The notes: a model not told the origin generated them from the sequence alone. DNA of 64,000 nucleotides from Candidatus Latescibacterota bacterium (GCA_965237675.1 OZ250150.1:832001-896000), one strand, 5' to 3'. Numbered from the stretch's first letter, positions 10,524-21,289 are shown. Numbers and translations: made by a program.

Positions 10524-11732
10524 TCATGTTTGGATCCAGTGCTCCACCGGTTTCGAGAGGAACTCGTCGACGGCAATGCCGTCGCCCCCTACAAGCAGGC
10601 TGCGGGTCGGGCGGAACGCCTCGGCGAAGGCGGCCATTCCCGGCGGGGTCCGGCGGGTTCGCTCGCTCTTGACTTCAATCGCAGTGACCGACCGTCCCGC
10701 GCGCACCACGAAATCCACCTCACGGTGGCGGTCGCGCCAGTAAAAGACCTCGCACGAGCCGCAGGCGGCGGCATTCACCAGATGGGCCCCAACCGCCGAC
10801 TCAACCAGCCGTCCCCAGAAATCGTGGTCGGCTCGCGCCTGGGCCAGGGTGAGGCCCGATCCGGCGGTCATCAGGGCGGTGTTGAAGACTTGCAACTTCG
10901 GGCTGGAACTCCGACGCCGCACTGCCGCTCCGGCGTACTTCTGCAATCCCCTCAGCATCCCCGCAACCGCCAGCAGATCGAGATAATGGGCCAGCGTCGT
11001 GGAGTTGCCGGCGTCGTGGAGTTGGCCCAGCATCTTCGTATAGGAGAGGATCTGACCGGAATAGGCACAGCCCAATTCGAACAAACGGCGCAACAGGGCC
11101 GGTTTGTCCACGCGTGAAAGCAGCAGGACGTCGCGGGAAATCGTGGTTTCGATGAGTGAGTCCCTGATGTAGCGGGACCACCGGGCCGGTTGCCGCGCCA
11201 GCGGCGCCGCGCCGGGATAGGCGCCGTAGAACAGGAACTGCTCCAGCGACCAACCGAAAGCGGTCTGCATTTCCAGAAAGCTCCAGTGGGGCACGTGCAG
11301 CAGTTCGAAACGCCCGGCGAGGCTCTCAGTGAGTCCCCTACCGATCAAGAGTTGTGCAGAACCTGACAGCACCACCTTGAGCTGTCGCCGGCTCGTCGTA
11401 TCCTCGTCCCACAGGCGCTTGACCACCTCCGACCAGTTCGGCGCCTTTTGCACCTCGTCCAGGATGAGAAGCGCACCATCGTCCCCCCCATCGCCAGCGA
11501 GGAGCCGCGCGGCGTCCCACTGCTGAGCAATCCATCCCGGGCCGCGCAACGTCGGCTCGTCGGCACTGGCGTAGCGATACGACAATCCGGACTTCTCCGC
11601 GGCCTGTGTGATCAGGGTCGTCTTGCCCACCTGCCTCGCCCCGGTGACGACCTGAATAAAACGGCGCGGCTCATACAGACGACGCAGCAGATCCGCAGCG
11701 TGAGGACGCGTATATGACAAATTACTCATCAT
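10524..11732 (-). CDS. AAA_14 ATPase with C-terminal DUF4143 (PD-(D/E)XK-like)
   Basis: Walker A GARQVGKT, Walker B ILDEVQ, ESLAGR and EVDFV...IEVKS. Confidence 0.9.
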   Translation of the reverse strand: MMSNLSYTRPHAADLLRRLYEPRRFIQVVTGARQVGKTTLITQAAEKSGLSYRYASADEPTLRGPGWIAQQWDAARLLAGDGGDDGALLILDEVQKAPNWSEVVKRLWDEDTTSRRQLKVVLSGSAQLLIGRGLTESLAGRFELLHVPHWSFLEMQTAFGWSLEQFLFYGAYPGAAPLARQPARWSRYIRDSLIETTISRDVLLLSRVDKPALLRRLFELGCAYSGQILSYTKMLGQLHDAGNSTTLAHYLDLLAVAGMLRGLQKYAGAAVRRRSSSPKLQVFNTALMTAGSGLTLAQARADHDFWGRLVESAVGAHLVNAAACGSCEVFYWRDRHREVDFVVRAGRSVTAIEVKSERTRRTPPGMAAFAEAFRPTRSLLVGGDGIAVDEFLSKPVEHWIQT

Positions 11733-11762
11733 AATGAGTAATAATACTCAATACAATGAGTA
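11721..11762. promoter_or_regulatory. Tandem palindromic operator-like sites (TACTCA-N6-TGAGTA x2)
   Basis: ATTACTCAT-cata-ATGAGTAAT at 11721-11742 and TACTCA-atacaa-TGAGTA at 11745-11762; the first overlaps the start codon. Confidence 0.55.
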
Positions 11763-11849
11763 GATGGTAGTGATTTTTTTTGTCTTATTGGGATGATGGT
11801 GTGGATTGAGGGTTGTAGGAGGCCTTGGCCAAAGAAAGAGCTCCGAGCC

Positions 11850-12614
11850 TCATGCAGCCAGTTCTACTCTCGCCTCTTCACGCCGGCTCCACACTACCGG
11901 TCTGACGTCGTAGCTCCGTAGCGCGGCCATCACGGTCTGATCTACCTTTCGTTCCGAATCATTCAGCAATGCGTACACACGCGATCCCGGCGTGCGGACC
12001 TCCTTTGTGTCGATCCATGAGAGTACCATCGCTTGAGCGGTCGAGCGACTCGGTCGATTGACGGTCTGTAGAATGCGTTCAGGTTGCTGCCGGGACTTTG
12101 GAATTACGAAATGAAAGAGATGGTCGTACCCGGTCCTTCCGGTAAACTTCACCTTCGGGGTGTGGCGAATATCTTGAAGATCAAGCCACGCAACGACATC
12201 TTCGTAAAAGATGTTCGCCACCGTGGGCGCCGCCATGTAGAACATATCGTTGACGGCAAGCATCGCCTGCAAGAGATTGTGTTTGCGCATCGCGAAGTTT
12301 TCGGCCGATGCGAGGATCTGTAACTCGCGACCATTCTGGTCAACACCAAAACCATTTAACGTCATCTTGAGCAGATCATGACGTTTAGGGCTGTCAAGAT
12401 TGCAACCACTCTGCGCAAGGTCCTCAATGGTATATCCATCATCGGTTAAGACGAACCCACCGTTGGATTCCTTTGCATATATCTGCAAATAGTCGTTGTG
12501 TCGATCCAGATATGGCGTGGTGATCTCGACCCACTTGTCGATTTGGTTCAGGACTGTTTTGTCCTTGAGCCAGTCATAATAATTATCGATGAGAATCTGA
12601 ATTTCTCTAATCAT
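11850..12614 (-). CDS. DUF1828/DUF1829 domain protein
   Basis: [19 protein letters not shown] and G.TGYDH.F.FVIP motifs; ATGA overlap with the upstream gene. Confidence 0.8.
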   Translation of the reverse strand: MIREIQILIDNYYDWLKDKTVLNQIDKWVEITTPYLDRHNDYLQIYAKESNGGFVLTDDGYTIEDLAQSGCNLDSPKRHDLLKMTLNGFGVDQNGRELQILASAENFAMRKHNLLQAMLAVNDMFYMAAPTVANIFYEDVVAWLDLQDIRHTPKVKFTGRTGYDHLFHFVIPKSRQQPERILQTVNRPSRSTAQAMVLSWIDTKEVRTPGSRVYALLNDSERKVDQTVMAALRSYDVRPVVWSRREEARVELAA

Positions 12615-13060
12615 GTGAAAAGCTCCCGTAAGACATTTGGCGGTCGCGTGACGTTGCAGAACTGCAGGAATTCTTCGAACATCCCCCACACATCACCGAC
12701 TGTACGGAACCCGTCCGACGGGACACCTACGGCCCACTTGTCGCCGAAGCCTTCTCGGTAAATGTGGAGGTGCGGTACGGGTATTTCCTCGCCATCCGGA
12801 TTTCGATGTGGCGCACCACCTAGGTCCAGACGAACCAGCACGACGACTTGCCGCCCGCGAGTCTGCATTTTGACTTTTGAGAGATTTATGCTTGCTCGAC
12901 TCAAGTCGAGCAGAAACTGCTCTCGTCTGTCGACCGACTGAAGTGGGACGGCAACTGACTCGCCCCCCATAGGGAAGTTAGCCTGATCATCATTTACCCG
13001 ATTTTTTTCCATTTCTATCAAAGCGTCTGCTTCTGCTTGAGTTAGGTCGAGGTCTGCCAT
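12611..13060 (-). CDS. DUF6978-like protein, partner of DUF1828/1829
   Basis: [14 protein letters not shown]...LVRLD...HRNPDGE...HLHIYREG. Confidence 0.7.
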   Translation of the reverse strand: MADLDLTQAEADALIEMEKNRVNDDQANFPMGGESVAVPLQSVDRREQFLLDLSRASINLSKVKMQTRGRQVVVLVRLDLGGAPHRNPDGEEIPVPHLHIYREGFGDKWAVGVPSDGFRTVGDVWGMFEEFLQFCNVTRPPNVLRELFT

Positions 13061-13152
13061 TCGAATCTCAATTGTTGGTTGGATTTCAACTAATTTTCAG
13101 CACAATGACTGCGACATCCAAAAGCAGTCTTTGTCAGTGAACGCTGACCGGC

Positions 13153-14042
13153 TTACCCGGTGGACGAATCACCAACACTGTCCACTTCGACATCCCGAAT
13201 TTCTTTCAACGTCCTCCCATCCGCGTCCTTCCAAGCCGTGAGGCCATTCATCGGGGCTCCCAAGAGGACGCTGGCCGCCTTTGATGGTGAACTGAAGGGG
13301 TAGTCTTGAACGACCCTGTACTTGGTGCCTGTATCTTCGAAAATCCCCTTCTTGAAGAGTATGTTGCGCAGGTCTGATATAGAGGAAGAGATTGAAGCGA
13401 CCTGTTCCTTGACCGCTTCCGAATCGGTACATACGACGAAACCGCTTGACGCTTCATAACCGCGTGCCTCTATACCCTTTGCGTTCAGCAGCAGATCTCG
13501 GCTTGTTCCCGCCTCACCTCGCGGCTTATCAAAAAAGTTCACGCCTACAACCGGAAGACATAGTAACATGTCGGCTAAATACAACTCCGCGTCCACTTTG
13601 TCCGCGGGCGACAGCGACGGCGTTCGCGGGACATTGCCATTCGTCAATTCGCAGCGTTTTGCATGGTCTGCGAGTTTCACCAGCCGCGCTTCGAGATACT
13701 TCGCGTGAGCTTTATTCAAGCTCTGGTCCTTGCTCAGGAACGCGATTACGTGCGTCCAGAAATCCTTATTCTTGGCGTGGTGCTCCAGCCTTCGTGACAA
13801 CATTCTGCAACTGCCTCACCCACATAAGCCAGTGGTAGCTGCCCCAATTCGCCAGGTTCCCAGAGAACGTACACGCCAGTGTGATTGAGTACTTCCTTAG
13901 CGCGAACGTTGCTAAAAAGCGACCGGGGAAAAACGATACCCTGCCCAGTCCAATTCGATTTCTCGACGACACGCAAGCCTTCCGGCTCGCCGGACGGCAC
14001 GAAGATTCTAACCGAGAATCCCAATGGTTCAGTCACAATCAC
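13153..14042 (-). pseudogene. GIY-YIG nuclease/DUF4357 protein, frameshifted near 13800
   Basis: ORF 13746-14042 (GVYVL...YVGE) continues in another frame as RRLEHH..KDFW...FSSPSKAA..NGLTAWK in ORF 13153-13803. Confidence 0.75.
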
Positions 14043-14150
14043 GCTCCAATTCAGGTAGTTTCGCGCTTGGAAGCTTTCTCTCGGTGGGATGCGGCATTCG
14101 GCAAGACATGAGCAAGATCGCGCTGCGTGTTTCGATGAAATGGCAATTAT

Positions 14151-15542
14151 TCACCTTTCGGAGGCGGCGTCGAGATCGCGAAGCAATTCCTCGACGTGAG
14201 TCACTAGGTCTTCATTGTCGCTTTTCCGCGCGAGATCCAAGGCGGTTTCCAAGTCGATCCGGCCCTCGCTCTTGAGACCCAACTCTACCTTTGAAACGCC
14301 TCTGTTGGCGTATGCTTCGCTGAAATCTGGGCGCAGGCGGATCGCCTCGTCAAAATTGCTGACGGCCTCTTCGTAGCGCCCCATTGTGAGCATTGTAGTG
14401 CCAAGATTGTAAATGGCTTTGACGTAATCCGCTTTCAGCCGGACGGCCTCGCTGAAATCGTCGATTGCCTCATCGAAATGCTTTAATGCAACCCTAGTAG
14501 TTCCCCGATTGTAGAACGCTTCTGCATAGTCCGGTTTCAGGCGGATGGCCTGATTGCAGTCAGCGATAGACTCATCGTAGAGTTCCATAGCAAGCCTGGC
14601 TGAAGCTCGGCCATTGTATGCTTCTGCAAAGTTCTGTTGCAAACGGATTGCTTCATCATAGTCCGCAATAGCGTCCTTGTACCGGTTGAATTGTTGCTTC
14701 GCGGTGCCTCGGTTGACAAAGGCTTCGGCTAAGTCCGGCTTCAAGTGGATTGCTCGGTCGTTGGCCGAGATGCTAGCCTTGGGGTCGACGTAAAGGAACA
14801 AATATCCAACAGAAAACCACGCTCTCGCAGCGAGAAAGTTATCGGCATCTTCCGCGACGTGAGCGATTGCACGCCACTTTTCGATAGCATCATTTCTCTT
14901 GCCCTGCCGTTGAAGAGAGACTGCCTGGGCAACAGCTTTGTCAAGCAGCGATGCGCTTGGGTCGTTCTGCACATTTCTGACAGCTTGTCCCACTTTGTCT
15001 GGATCATCGGCGACAAGCTTAGCGTTCATCCTCTGGATAATCTCGTCCGATTTTTCGCGGATATTTGCAATCTCTCCCAAGTGACCTTCAGCGGCCTCCT
15101 CCAGTTCCGCAACCCGCTGAATGCTGTTCCTAGCCTCGGTCTCGATTTCCCTGAATCGCCTGAAGCCCATGATTCCGGCGATTGCTACTACGACACCGAA
15201 AAAAGTAAGTACAATGCCAATAACAACTAGCCACCAGTTGACGACTCTTGCACGGTCATCCAGAATTTCTCTACGGAGTTCGTTAAAACGACGTTGGATT
15301 TCGACATCGACTGTAGCCGGAATACTTATTTTTCGGGGTGGAACGATTTTTGTGTGGGTTCTCGAATCGGTGCTATCTGATACGACCACAAGACTCGCTG
15401 CAATTGTCGCTTTTCTCGACAGCCCTCGCCGGTCTTCAAGCAATGGTTCTGTCGTCTGCGCGAACGAAACCAATGGGGCGGACACAATCGTTGCTACAGC
15501 GATCCACCGTTGCCCAACCAAAGCTCCCAGCAACCGAATCAT
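14151..15542 (-). CDS. Membrane-anchored TPR protein with coiled coil
   Basis: Signal peptide, TM helix WWLVVIGIVLTFFGVVVAIAG, and several 34-aa AEAYxNRG TPRs. Confidence 0.85.
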   Translation of the reverse strand: MIRLLGALVGQRWIAVATIVSAPLVSFAQTTEPLLEDRRGLSRKATIAASLVVVSDSTDSRTHTKIVPPRKISIPATVDVEIQRRFNELRREILDDRARVVNWWLVVIGIVLTFFGVVVAIAGIMGFRRFREIETEARNSIQRVAELEEAAEGHLGEIANIREKSDEIIQRMNAKLVADDPDKVGQAVRNVQNDPSASLLDKAVAQAVSLQRQGKRNDAIEKWRAIAHVAEDADNFLAARAWFSVGYLFLYVDPKASISANDRAIHLKPDLAEAFVNRGTAKQQFNRYKDAIADYDEAIRLQQNFAEAYNGRASARLAMELYDESIADCNQAIRLKPDYAEAFYNRGTTRVALKHFDEAIDDFSEAVRLKADYVKAIYNLGTTMLTMGRYEEAVSNFDEAIRLRPDFSEAYANRGVSKVELGLKSEGRIDLETALDLARKSDNEDLVTHVEELLRDLDAASER

Positions 15543-15858
15543 CCGGCGATCCTTATGGATGTTTGTATATGTTATTCCACATCTACTCGCGACTACTCGA
15601 TAAAACCCGTTACGGCATTATTCCATTACCCGATTCGGATATTACATCCGCGAGTTGCGTCAAGGTTCGCACATTGGCGTTAAAATCGTTCGCGGGAAAC
15701 GTCGGACATACAACGACCGTCGCAACCTACGATCAATTACGTGACGACATCGAAATAGTGTTTCTTCTGGGTGCAATACGGCTAAGATCGGTCTGTGGGT
15801 GTATTTCCGACCCTTTACCCCATGGTAATTTGGGCTTTGGTTGTGGATCGTATAGGCA

Positions 15859-17619
15859 TCACAATCCCCGGCCTCGGACAACTCTCGACACGAATCTTTC
15901 GAAGTTCTCAAGCGATTGCGTACACTCCGAGTGGGTGGCACCGAAAATGCCGCATTTTACGTACGCGGATGCATCCTCTAACTGAGATACAGAATTCGTG
16001 ATTTCTGTCATTATACGTTGCATAGTCTGAGAGCGAAGGAAAAAGGCACCCGGTGGAAACCAATCAATTGAAAATTTCGTACGATAACCGAACCCCAGAG
16101 CAATCAGAATCTCAAACTTATCAAAGACGAATGTGTATTTCTGTTCGTCCGTTATGAGATTGTTCAGAGGCTGTCGTAGTGCATCGTGGATCCACTCGCT
16201 CAAGGGTTCAACGCTCTCTTCCATCCCATCCAATAGGCGACCCCACGGAAACCTCGCGGTCACCTCTATATCAAATAGGGCAGTGATGACGTTCTCTGGC
16301 TGATATCCTGTAGGTCCATAATTGACAGGTGTACTCAAGATGCGATTTAAGAGGCGTAAATTTCCAGATTCGACCACACCAAGTCCGAATGCATAAAGGA
16401 GCAATCTTGCGGGGTATGTTTTTACGGGAAACCAGGAGGTCCCTTTACCAAGAGACGCTGCTGACAATCGCTGTATTGCCCTCTCCCACGCCGTGAGATT
16501 GTCGTCTTCACCCCAGTAACCGCCAACAGATGCAATCGCCAGAAGTGTTGAACACTTAGACTCGTACGCGCGAAGACGGGCCGTAACCAATCCTCGATTT
16601 GGCTGTTGCGTTACCAACTCCTTGGAGTCTTCTCTGGAAGTTGCATTTAGCACTTGATTCACTGCCACATCGACAAGGTCTACAAGCCGTATTCTGTGTT
16701 CGGGAGATGACAAGTAACGCTTCAAACTCCCGACGGCCACTTCCGTAGAAAGCGGGTGCGGCTTTGAAAACTCCTCAATCGACTCGACGTTTTCGTGGAT
16801 GTCATCGAAGAATGTCTCGGCGTCCTCAATACGAACGAGTTGGGCTTTTCGATGTTCTATGAGCCGCTGGGCTATCTCGCCTGCATTGCCCCTCACCGCC
16901 CAGTATGTCGTGAAACGTCGCGAGGACGCACGGAACAATGCGTTTCGCAATGCGCCGTCCCATTCAGCCGACCACCCGCAGACGATCAGGCCGAACTCAT
17001 CGAAGATCTGGTCCAAGAGTTTATGGTACTCGGGCGGATACTCATCAAGTTCGGCCGGGGTATTTTTAATACGGGTATCGAGATAATCTCCATTTACCTT
17101 GAAGACGCAACACTGCGTGTGAATCAAGGGAAGTGCGCCCTTAACTTGATCTACAGAACTCAGGATAATCGGTACAACCCCTTCATCAATCAGGGCGGTT
17201 TCTACGAGACGGTCAAAATTAGTGGTGATAATGACCTTAATGAAACCTTGCGCGGCCAATGCGGCGATGGCGCGGTGGGCCGCGGTCGGCGCTTTCACGC
17301 CTTCCTCGCGCTCCTCGTCGGTTGGTTCAAAATAAGGCCGAAGCAACTGTTGCCGCTCGGCCTGGGTTGTGGCAAGTTCGTCGAGAAGATCGGAGTATGA
17401 GACCTCTTTCTCGAATTTCTCCAAATACCAGCGTTCTGGATTGGATTCGCACGTTTCGCCGCTGAGACTCGCCAGTTTACGAATCAAATCAAGCGTTATC
17501 TCCCAACCCGTGGAAATCTTTGCCGCCCGGGATACGCCTGAGCCCACAAGAACAGCGTAAACCCCAGGATTTGCTTGGATAGAAAATGCCAGTGAGTGGA
17601 CAGGATCGATTGACCTCAT
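15859..17619 (-). CDS. SIR2-like (SIR2_2) domain protein, predicted NADase-type effector
   Basis: GSGVS, IITTNFD, KVNGD and VCGWSAEWD motifs. The start overlaps the upstream stop (ATGA). Confidence 0.85.
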   Translation of the reverse strand: MRSIDPVHSLAFSIQANPGVYAVLVGSGVSRAAKISTGWEITLDLIRKLASLSGETCESNPERWYLEKFEKEVSYSDLLDELATTQAERQQLLRPYFEPTDEEREEGVKAPTAAHRAIAALAAQGFIKVIITTNFDRLVETALIDEGVVPIILSSVDQVKGALPLIHTQCCVFKVNGDYLDTRIKNTPAELDEYPPEYHKLLDQIFDEFGLIVCGWSAEWDGALRNALFRASSRRFTTYWAVRGNAGEIAQRLIEHRKAQLVRIEDAETFFDDIHENVESIEEFSKPHPLSTEVAVGSLKRYLSSPEHRIRLVDLVDVAVNQVLNATSREDSKELVTQQPNRGLVTARLRAYESKCSTLLAIASVGGYWGEDDNLTAWERAIQRLSAASLGKGTSWFPVKTYPARLLLYAFGLGVVESGNLRLLNRILSTPVNYGPTGYQPENVITALFDIEVTARFPWGRLLDGMEESVEPLSEWIHDALRQPLNNLITDEQKYTFVFDKFEILIALGFGYRTKFSIDWFPPGAFFLRSQTMQRIMTEITNSVSQLEDASAYVKCGIFGATHSECTQSLENFERFVSRVVRGRGL

Positions 17620-18752
17620 TCCCCCTCTTCCTGCATATCCTTTTGCGGAATGACGGCAACAACGCGTGGATTCAACAAGTGCCAACGCTGACCGTGGCGA
17701 TCTAAGTCGCCTTCTACCACTATTGGCGCCTTCTCCTTGTGAGCCTGGATCGCTCGTGCGTAATCGGACTGACTCAAAACGGCAACCACTGACTTCATTT
17801 GCTCGTCAATATATGCTCGCAGAGTGATTGTACCCAAATCCTGCTCGTAGCGTATCAGCCTGTGGACAGGGCCAGTGAGCCGGACGTTCGGCCGCGGTTC
17901 ACGATCACGGAATAACCGCGCGGCCTGACGGAAAATCGGAGCGTCACCCTTGGCAAAGCGAACCACCTCCCGTACCGTCTTCATCGGATACGTGCGGGCC
18001 CAGGTCAAACTGACGTCCAGTGCTTCGAAGGGTTCGATCAACTTCACGAGCGCTTCGCACAGATTGGCGCTTACACCATCGTCCACGGCCAGTAGGAAAG
18101 CGTCGACGTTTCCACCGATTATTCCTTCCGTCGCATGCCGGGCGGCTCGCAGCGCGGAAACCAGACGCCTTGTCATCTTGCGCTCAATCGGGTCTTCGTT
18201 GTGCTCCGAATCCTGAATGAAGGACTGTTGTATGGTTGGCGGCACTACAGGGGTCAGCATGGTAACAACAAAGCTGCCCTGCTCGGTCTGTCCCAAGCGT
18301 AAGTTTCGCACATAATCCATGGCCTGAATGTTGGCGCCCGGGCGATAAACCGCCCTTGGATTATGCAGAGAACAGGCTGCTGCCAGGATCATATCGTGTG
18401 CGCCGCACACAAGGTCGATCCCATCGCTTACGGACACGGCGCCGTCGACGCCTTCTGCTGCCCGCACGCGAATGACATCTCGGTCGGCGGTAACCAGGTC
18501 GCGGTAGAGAGAAAGTTCGTCGGTACCGGCAACATCGGCAAAGATATCGATGAGTTGAGATACAACGTTGGCATAATCACCCAATCGTTGGGTTCGCGGC
18601 AAGATGATTTCCGGTAACCCGTCCGACACATAGACGTCTGAAGAGTCACCGTAGTTGTCCGTCCGTGTCCAGCCCGTTGCGCGGGCATAGGCTGATAGGG
18701 CCGCAGGCGAAATCTCGCTCAAGGGCCCCTTGTCCCGAATGCTGACCCTCAT
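17616..18752 (-). CDS. Uncharacterised 378-aa protein
   Basis: Clean ORF with ATGA overlaps at both ends; GQTEQGSFV motif; beta-rich C-terminus that may be an OB fold. Confidence 0.8.
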   Translation of the reverse strand: MRVSIRDKGPLSEISPAALSAYARATGWTRTDNYGDSSDVYVSDGLPEIILPRTQRLGDYANVVSQLIDIFADVAGTDELSLYRDLVTADRDVIRVRAAEGVDGAVSVSDGIDLVCGAHDMILAAACSLHNPRAVYRPGANIQAMDYVRNLRLGQTEQGSFVVTMLTPVVPPTIQQSFIQDSEHNEDPIERKMTRRLVSALRAARHATEGIIGGNVDAFLLAVDDGVSANLCEALVKLIEPFEALDVSLTWARTYPMKTVREVVRFAKGDAPIFRQAARLFRDREPRPNVRLTGPVHRLIRYEQDLGTITLRAYIDEQMKSVVAVLSQSDYARAIQAHKEKAPIVVEGDLDRHGQRWHLLNPRVVAVIPQKDMQEEGE

Positions 18753-19249
18753 CGGATTCTCCCTTGTTGTGACTGTTCCATGAGCGAACGAAGATTATCC
18801 ACGTCAAACACGTTGCTCCTCGGTATTCGGACCGTAACGGACGACTGGTTGTCCGTCTCCGCAAAACCGTTCAGGTTCAACCAATATGCTCGGCGCCTCA
18901 GTACAAGCTCATCCTCGGTGATCGTAACCCATTGCTCCGTTTCTTTCGGTAGGTCTAGCACCACGAGCAACCTCGGCGTCTGTGTTTCGATACGCAGCTG
19001 GTCGTAATTCCTGCGCTTCAGTGGAAAGTGAAAGCACCCACCATCTCGCGTGGTCAGATTGACTGTCGCCTTTAACTGCAATTCGAGCGCGGGTCGCATC
19101 GCCCCACCCGCTTGAATCCGAAGATCGATGCTGTCGCGATCCAGATCTGGGCGTGCCGTGACATAACCTGCCCGCGCCGCTACTGCCTTTGCATAGACGA
19201 GAGACAACGCTTCTTCCTGGTCGGAATCTGTCATCAGCGCATCGGTCAT
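18749..19249 (-). CDS. DUF4365 domain protein (PD-(D/E)XK-like)
   Basis: EALSLVY..AVAA.AG, D.DSID and LQLKAT motifs; RBS GAGGGAG. Confidence 0.8.
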   Translation of the reverse strand: MTDALMTDSDQEEALSLVYAKAVAARAGYVTARPDLDRDSIDLRIQAGGAMRPALELQLKATVNLTTRDGGCFHFPLKRRNYDQLRIETQTPRLLVVLDLPKETEQWVTITEDELVLRRRAYWLNLNGFAETDNQSSVTVRIPRSNVFDVDNLRSLMEQSQQGRIR

Positions 19250-19262
19250 GCAACTCCCTCCA

Positions 19263-19700
19263 TTAGATTCCACCGACACCTACCAACGAGGCGACGTCCT
19301 CACCTTCGAACCACTCCATTTTACCATTGCAACCCATAGCGTAAGGCAGTCGAAACTCGGAATCAGGTAATACCACGTTGGTGTTATGCGGATTCATATA
19401 TAGACAGGCGGATGCATTCCTTAGATTCCACACGTCAACCTTGGAGAACATCAATATAGCATCAATTCGGCTGTGTCGACCGCAAGACCAGAAACCATTC
19501 TGCTTACGGTCTAGCCGCGGGGGTGAGTCAGGGTGGTCACTGGAAAAGACGAGTTGCTCTTTGCCGAACAGCACCTCCATATCATCCTGGTGGCCGTTGT
19601 AGAACATATTGCGGACGTTCACTGCCAATACGACAGGCGCTCCATGCGTGCGATATTTCTACGCTTTTTACATTAACGCGTTCCGTAAAGGGGCCGAACA
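19263..19700 (-). pseudogene. C-terminal remnant of a hypothetical gene
   Basis: The frame reads KA*KYRTHGAPVVLAVN...NGFW...CLYMNP with an in-frame stop and no intact 5' part. Confidence 0.45.
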
Positions 19701-19792
19701 ATCTGAAAATGCACCGAAACGATGCCCTACGGCAAGTTGACGCTCTCAATCATCCTTTCGTTCCTCCGATGAAATCGGGGAATGCCAGGCTT

Positions 19793-21148
19793 CTATGTAT
19801 CAATCGCCTTGGCCGCGATAAAATTAAAATGCCTGGTGAACAATTCACGCGAGTGGATCAAGAATTGTCTTGGTATTCCTAAACATTCAAATATGTGAAT
19901 ACCAATCTCGATTGCGTCACCTATTGCATCACCAACTTGATCCATAGTTAAAGAGTCTGACTGCGGAACACTGCGTTCTGGTAGCACCGCAAAGGTATCG
20001 AGTGATGTACCACTCGGCACCAGTACGTCTGTATCCTGCACTACGGGAAGACCGTATTCTTCGATATGTTCCTGGTACGCTGGCAAATCTACAAAAGGCA
20101 CGGTTCGCCAGATATTCTCGAGGTGAGCCTTGACATAAAACGGCCCCTTTACCTTCGCTTGCCAAACAAGGCGACGATGTCGCCTGATCAATGACATCAA
20201 AAGAATCAGTACTAAGTTTAAGTCCAATACTCGACTACTATCCAGTCCATGTTCACGTACCTTTGAAGTGAAGGACTCATATATTGAGGCTTCCGGTTGG
20301 TGCGCATAGGAAAAACCTGATGCAGCCGACTGTACGGGAAATGTTATAAACGAATGGCAGTGTCTGGAGAATTCCCACGTAAGGATGCGGCTGTATGGGT
20401 CGTTGTTTTTTGCCTGCCTTGCGACATATCCTCCAGACTTGGAGTAGATATTGTCGAATGGTAAGTTCGCCTCCCCCATCAGCGCGCTGAATTTCGAGAT
20501 TCCTTCTGGATACCAATGCCCCATCGTCTCGTACGGATCCGACATGATGCTAAAGTGAATATAGCATTGGTCTTGCTCTCCTTTGGATACGGTCGGAATT
20601 CGGGTTATTCGATCAGATAATCGAGAACGTGCGGTCTTGCTACGCTCAATAAGCAGATCCAACCTCGACCGATCTGTCTCTGGTTTTGGATCCGAGGAAT
20701 CAGCGATCCTTCGATAGATGCGCCCATCGTTGTGCACGTAGGGACAATCTGCTCCTTGAGGGATTTGTACAACGACTATAGATCTATCGGCCTCCAATCC
20801 AAGGGATTCGACTGGCCCGCTGAAGACCCGGCTGGAGTAGAATACATCAGGGCTGATAATGTCCTTCGACGCGTTTCGCAGGGCTTCAAGAAAACTCGCA
20901 ACTTCCGCGTTTGGAATACCAGGAAAATTCTCTGCAACGTGCAATTCTCGGTCCTCGGAGACCCCGACGAATAACCAACCTCCAAGCTGATTCGCGAATG
21001 ATGCAAGGCTCTTGGCGATATCACGAGGCTTTATCGACTCTGACTTATATTCAACGTACCAGCCTTCATGTACGTGCCTAAGACCTGCCAGATCGTCGCC
21101 TGAAAGTTCAAAAAGCTCTTTCTCAAAGGGTCGGTAACGATGGTTCAT
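19793..21148 (-). CDS. Schlafen/AlbA_2 domain protein
   Basis: EGWYVEYK, SFANQLGGWLFVGV and IYRR motifs, plus an unknown C-terminal domain. Confidence 0.85.
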   Translation of the reverse strand: MNHRYRPFEKELFELSGDDLAGLRHVHEGWYVEYKSESIKPRDIAKSLASFANQLGGWLFVGVSEDRELHVAENFPGIPNAEVASFLEALRNASKDIISPDVFYSSRVFSGPVESLGLEADRSIVVVQIPQGADCPYVHNDGRIYRRIADSSDPKPETDRSRLDLLIERSKTARSRLSDRITRIPTVSKGEQDQCYIHFSIMSDPYETMGHWYPEGISKFSALMGEANLPFDNIYSKSGGYVARQAKNNDPYSRILTWEFSRHCHSFITFPVQSAASGFSYAHQPEASIYESFTSKVREHGLDSSRVLDLNLVLILLMSLIRRHRRLVWQAKVKGPFYVKAHLENIWRTVPFVDLPAYQEHIEEYGLPVVQDTDVLVPSGTSLDTFAVLPERSVPQSDSLTMDQVGDAIGDAIEIGIHIFECLGIPRQFLIHSRELFTRHFNFIAAKAIDT

Positions 21149-21289
21149 AGTAATAATTCCAATTGGTTGAAAAATCGTCCAATTTCAGATTCTCACAACA
21201 CGAACAATTACGATGCACACTAAACTGTTATGGATGTCTGGATGCAATCAATGCCTGATATCGTCTTCACTACCGCTTGAGCCTCCACC

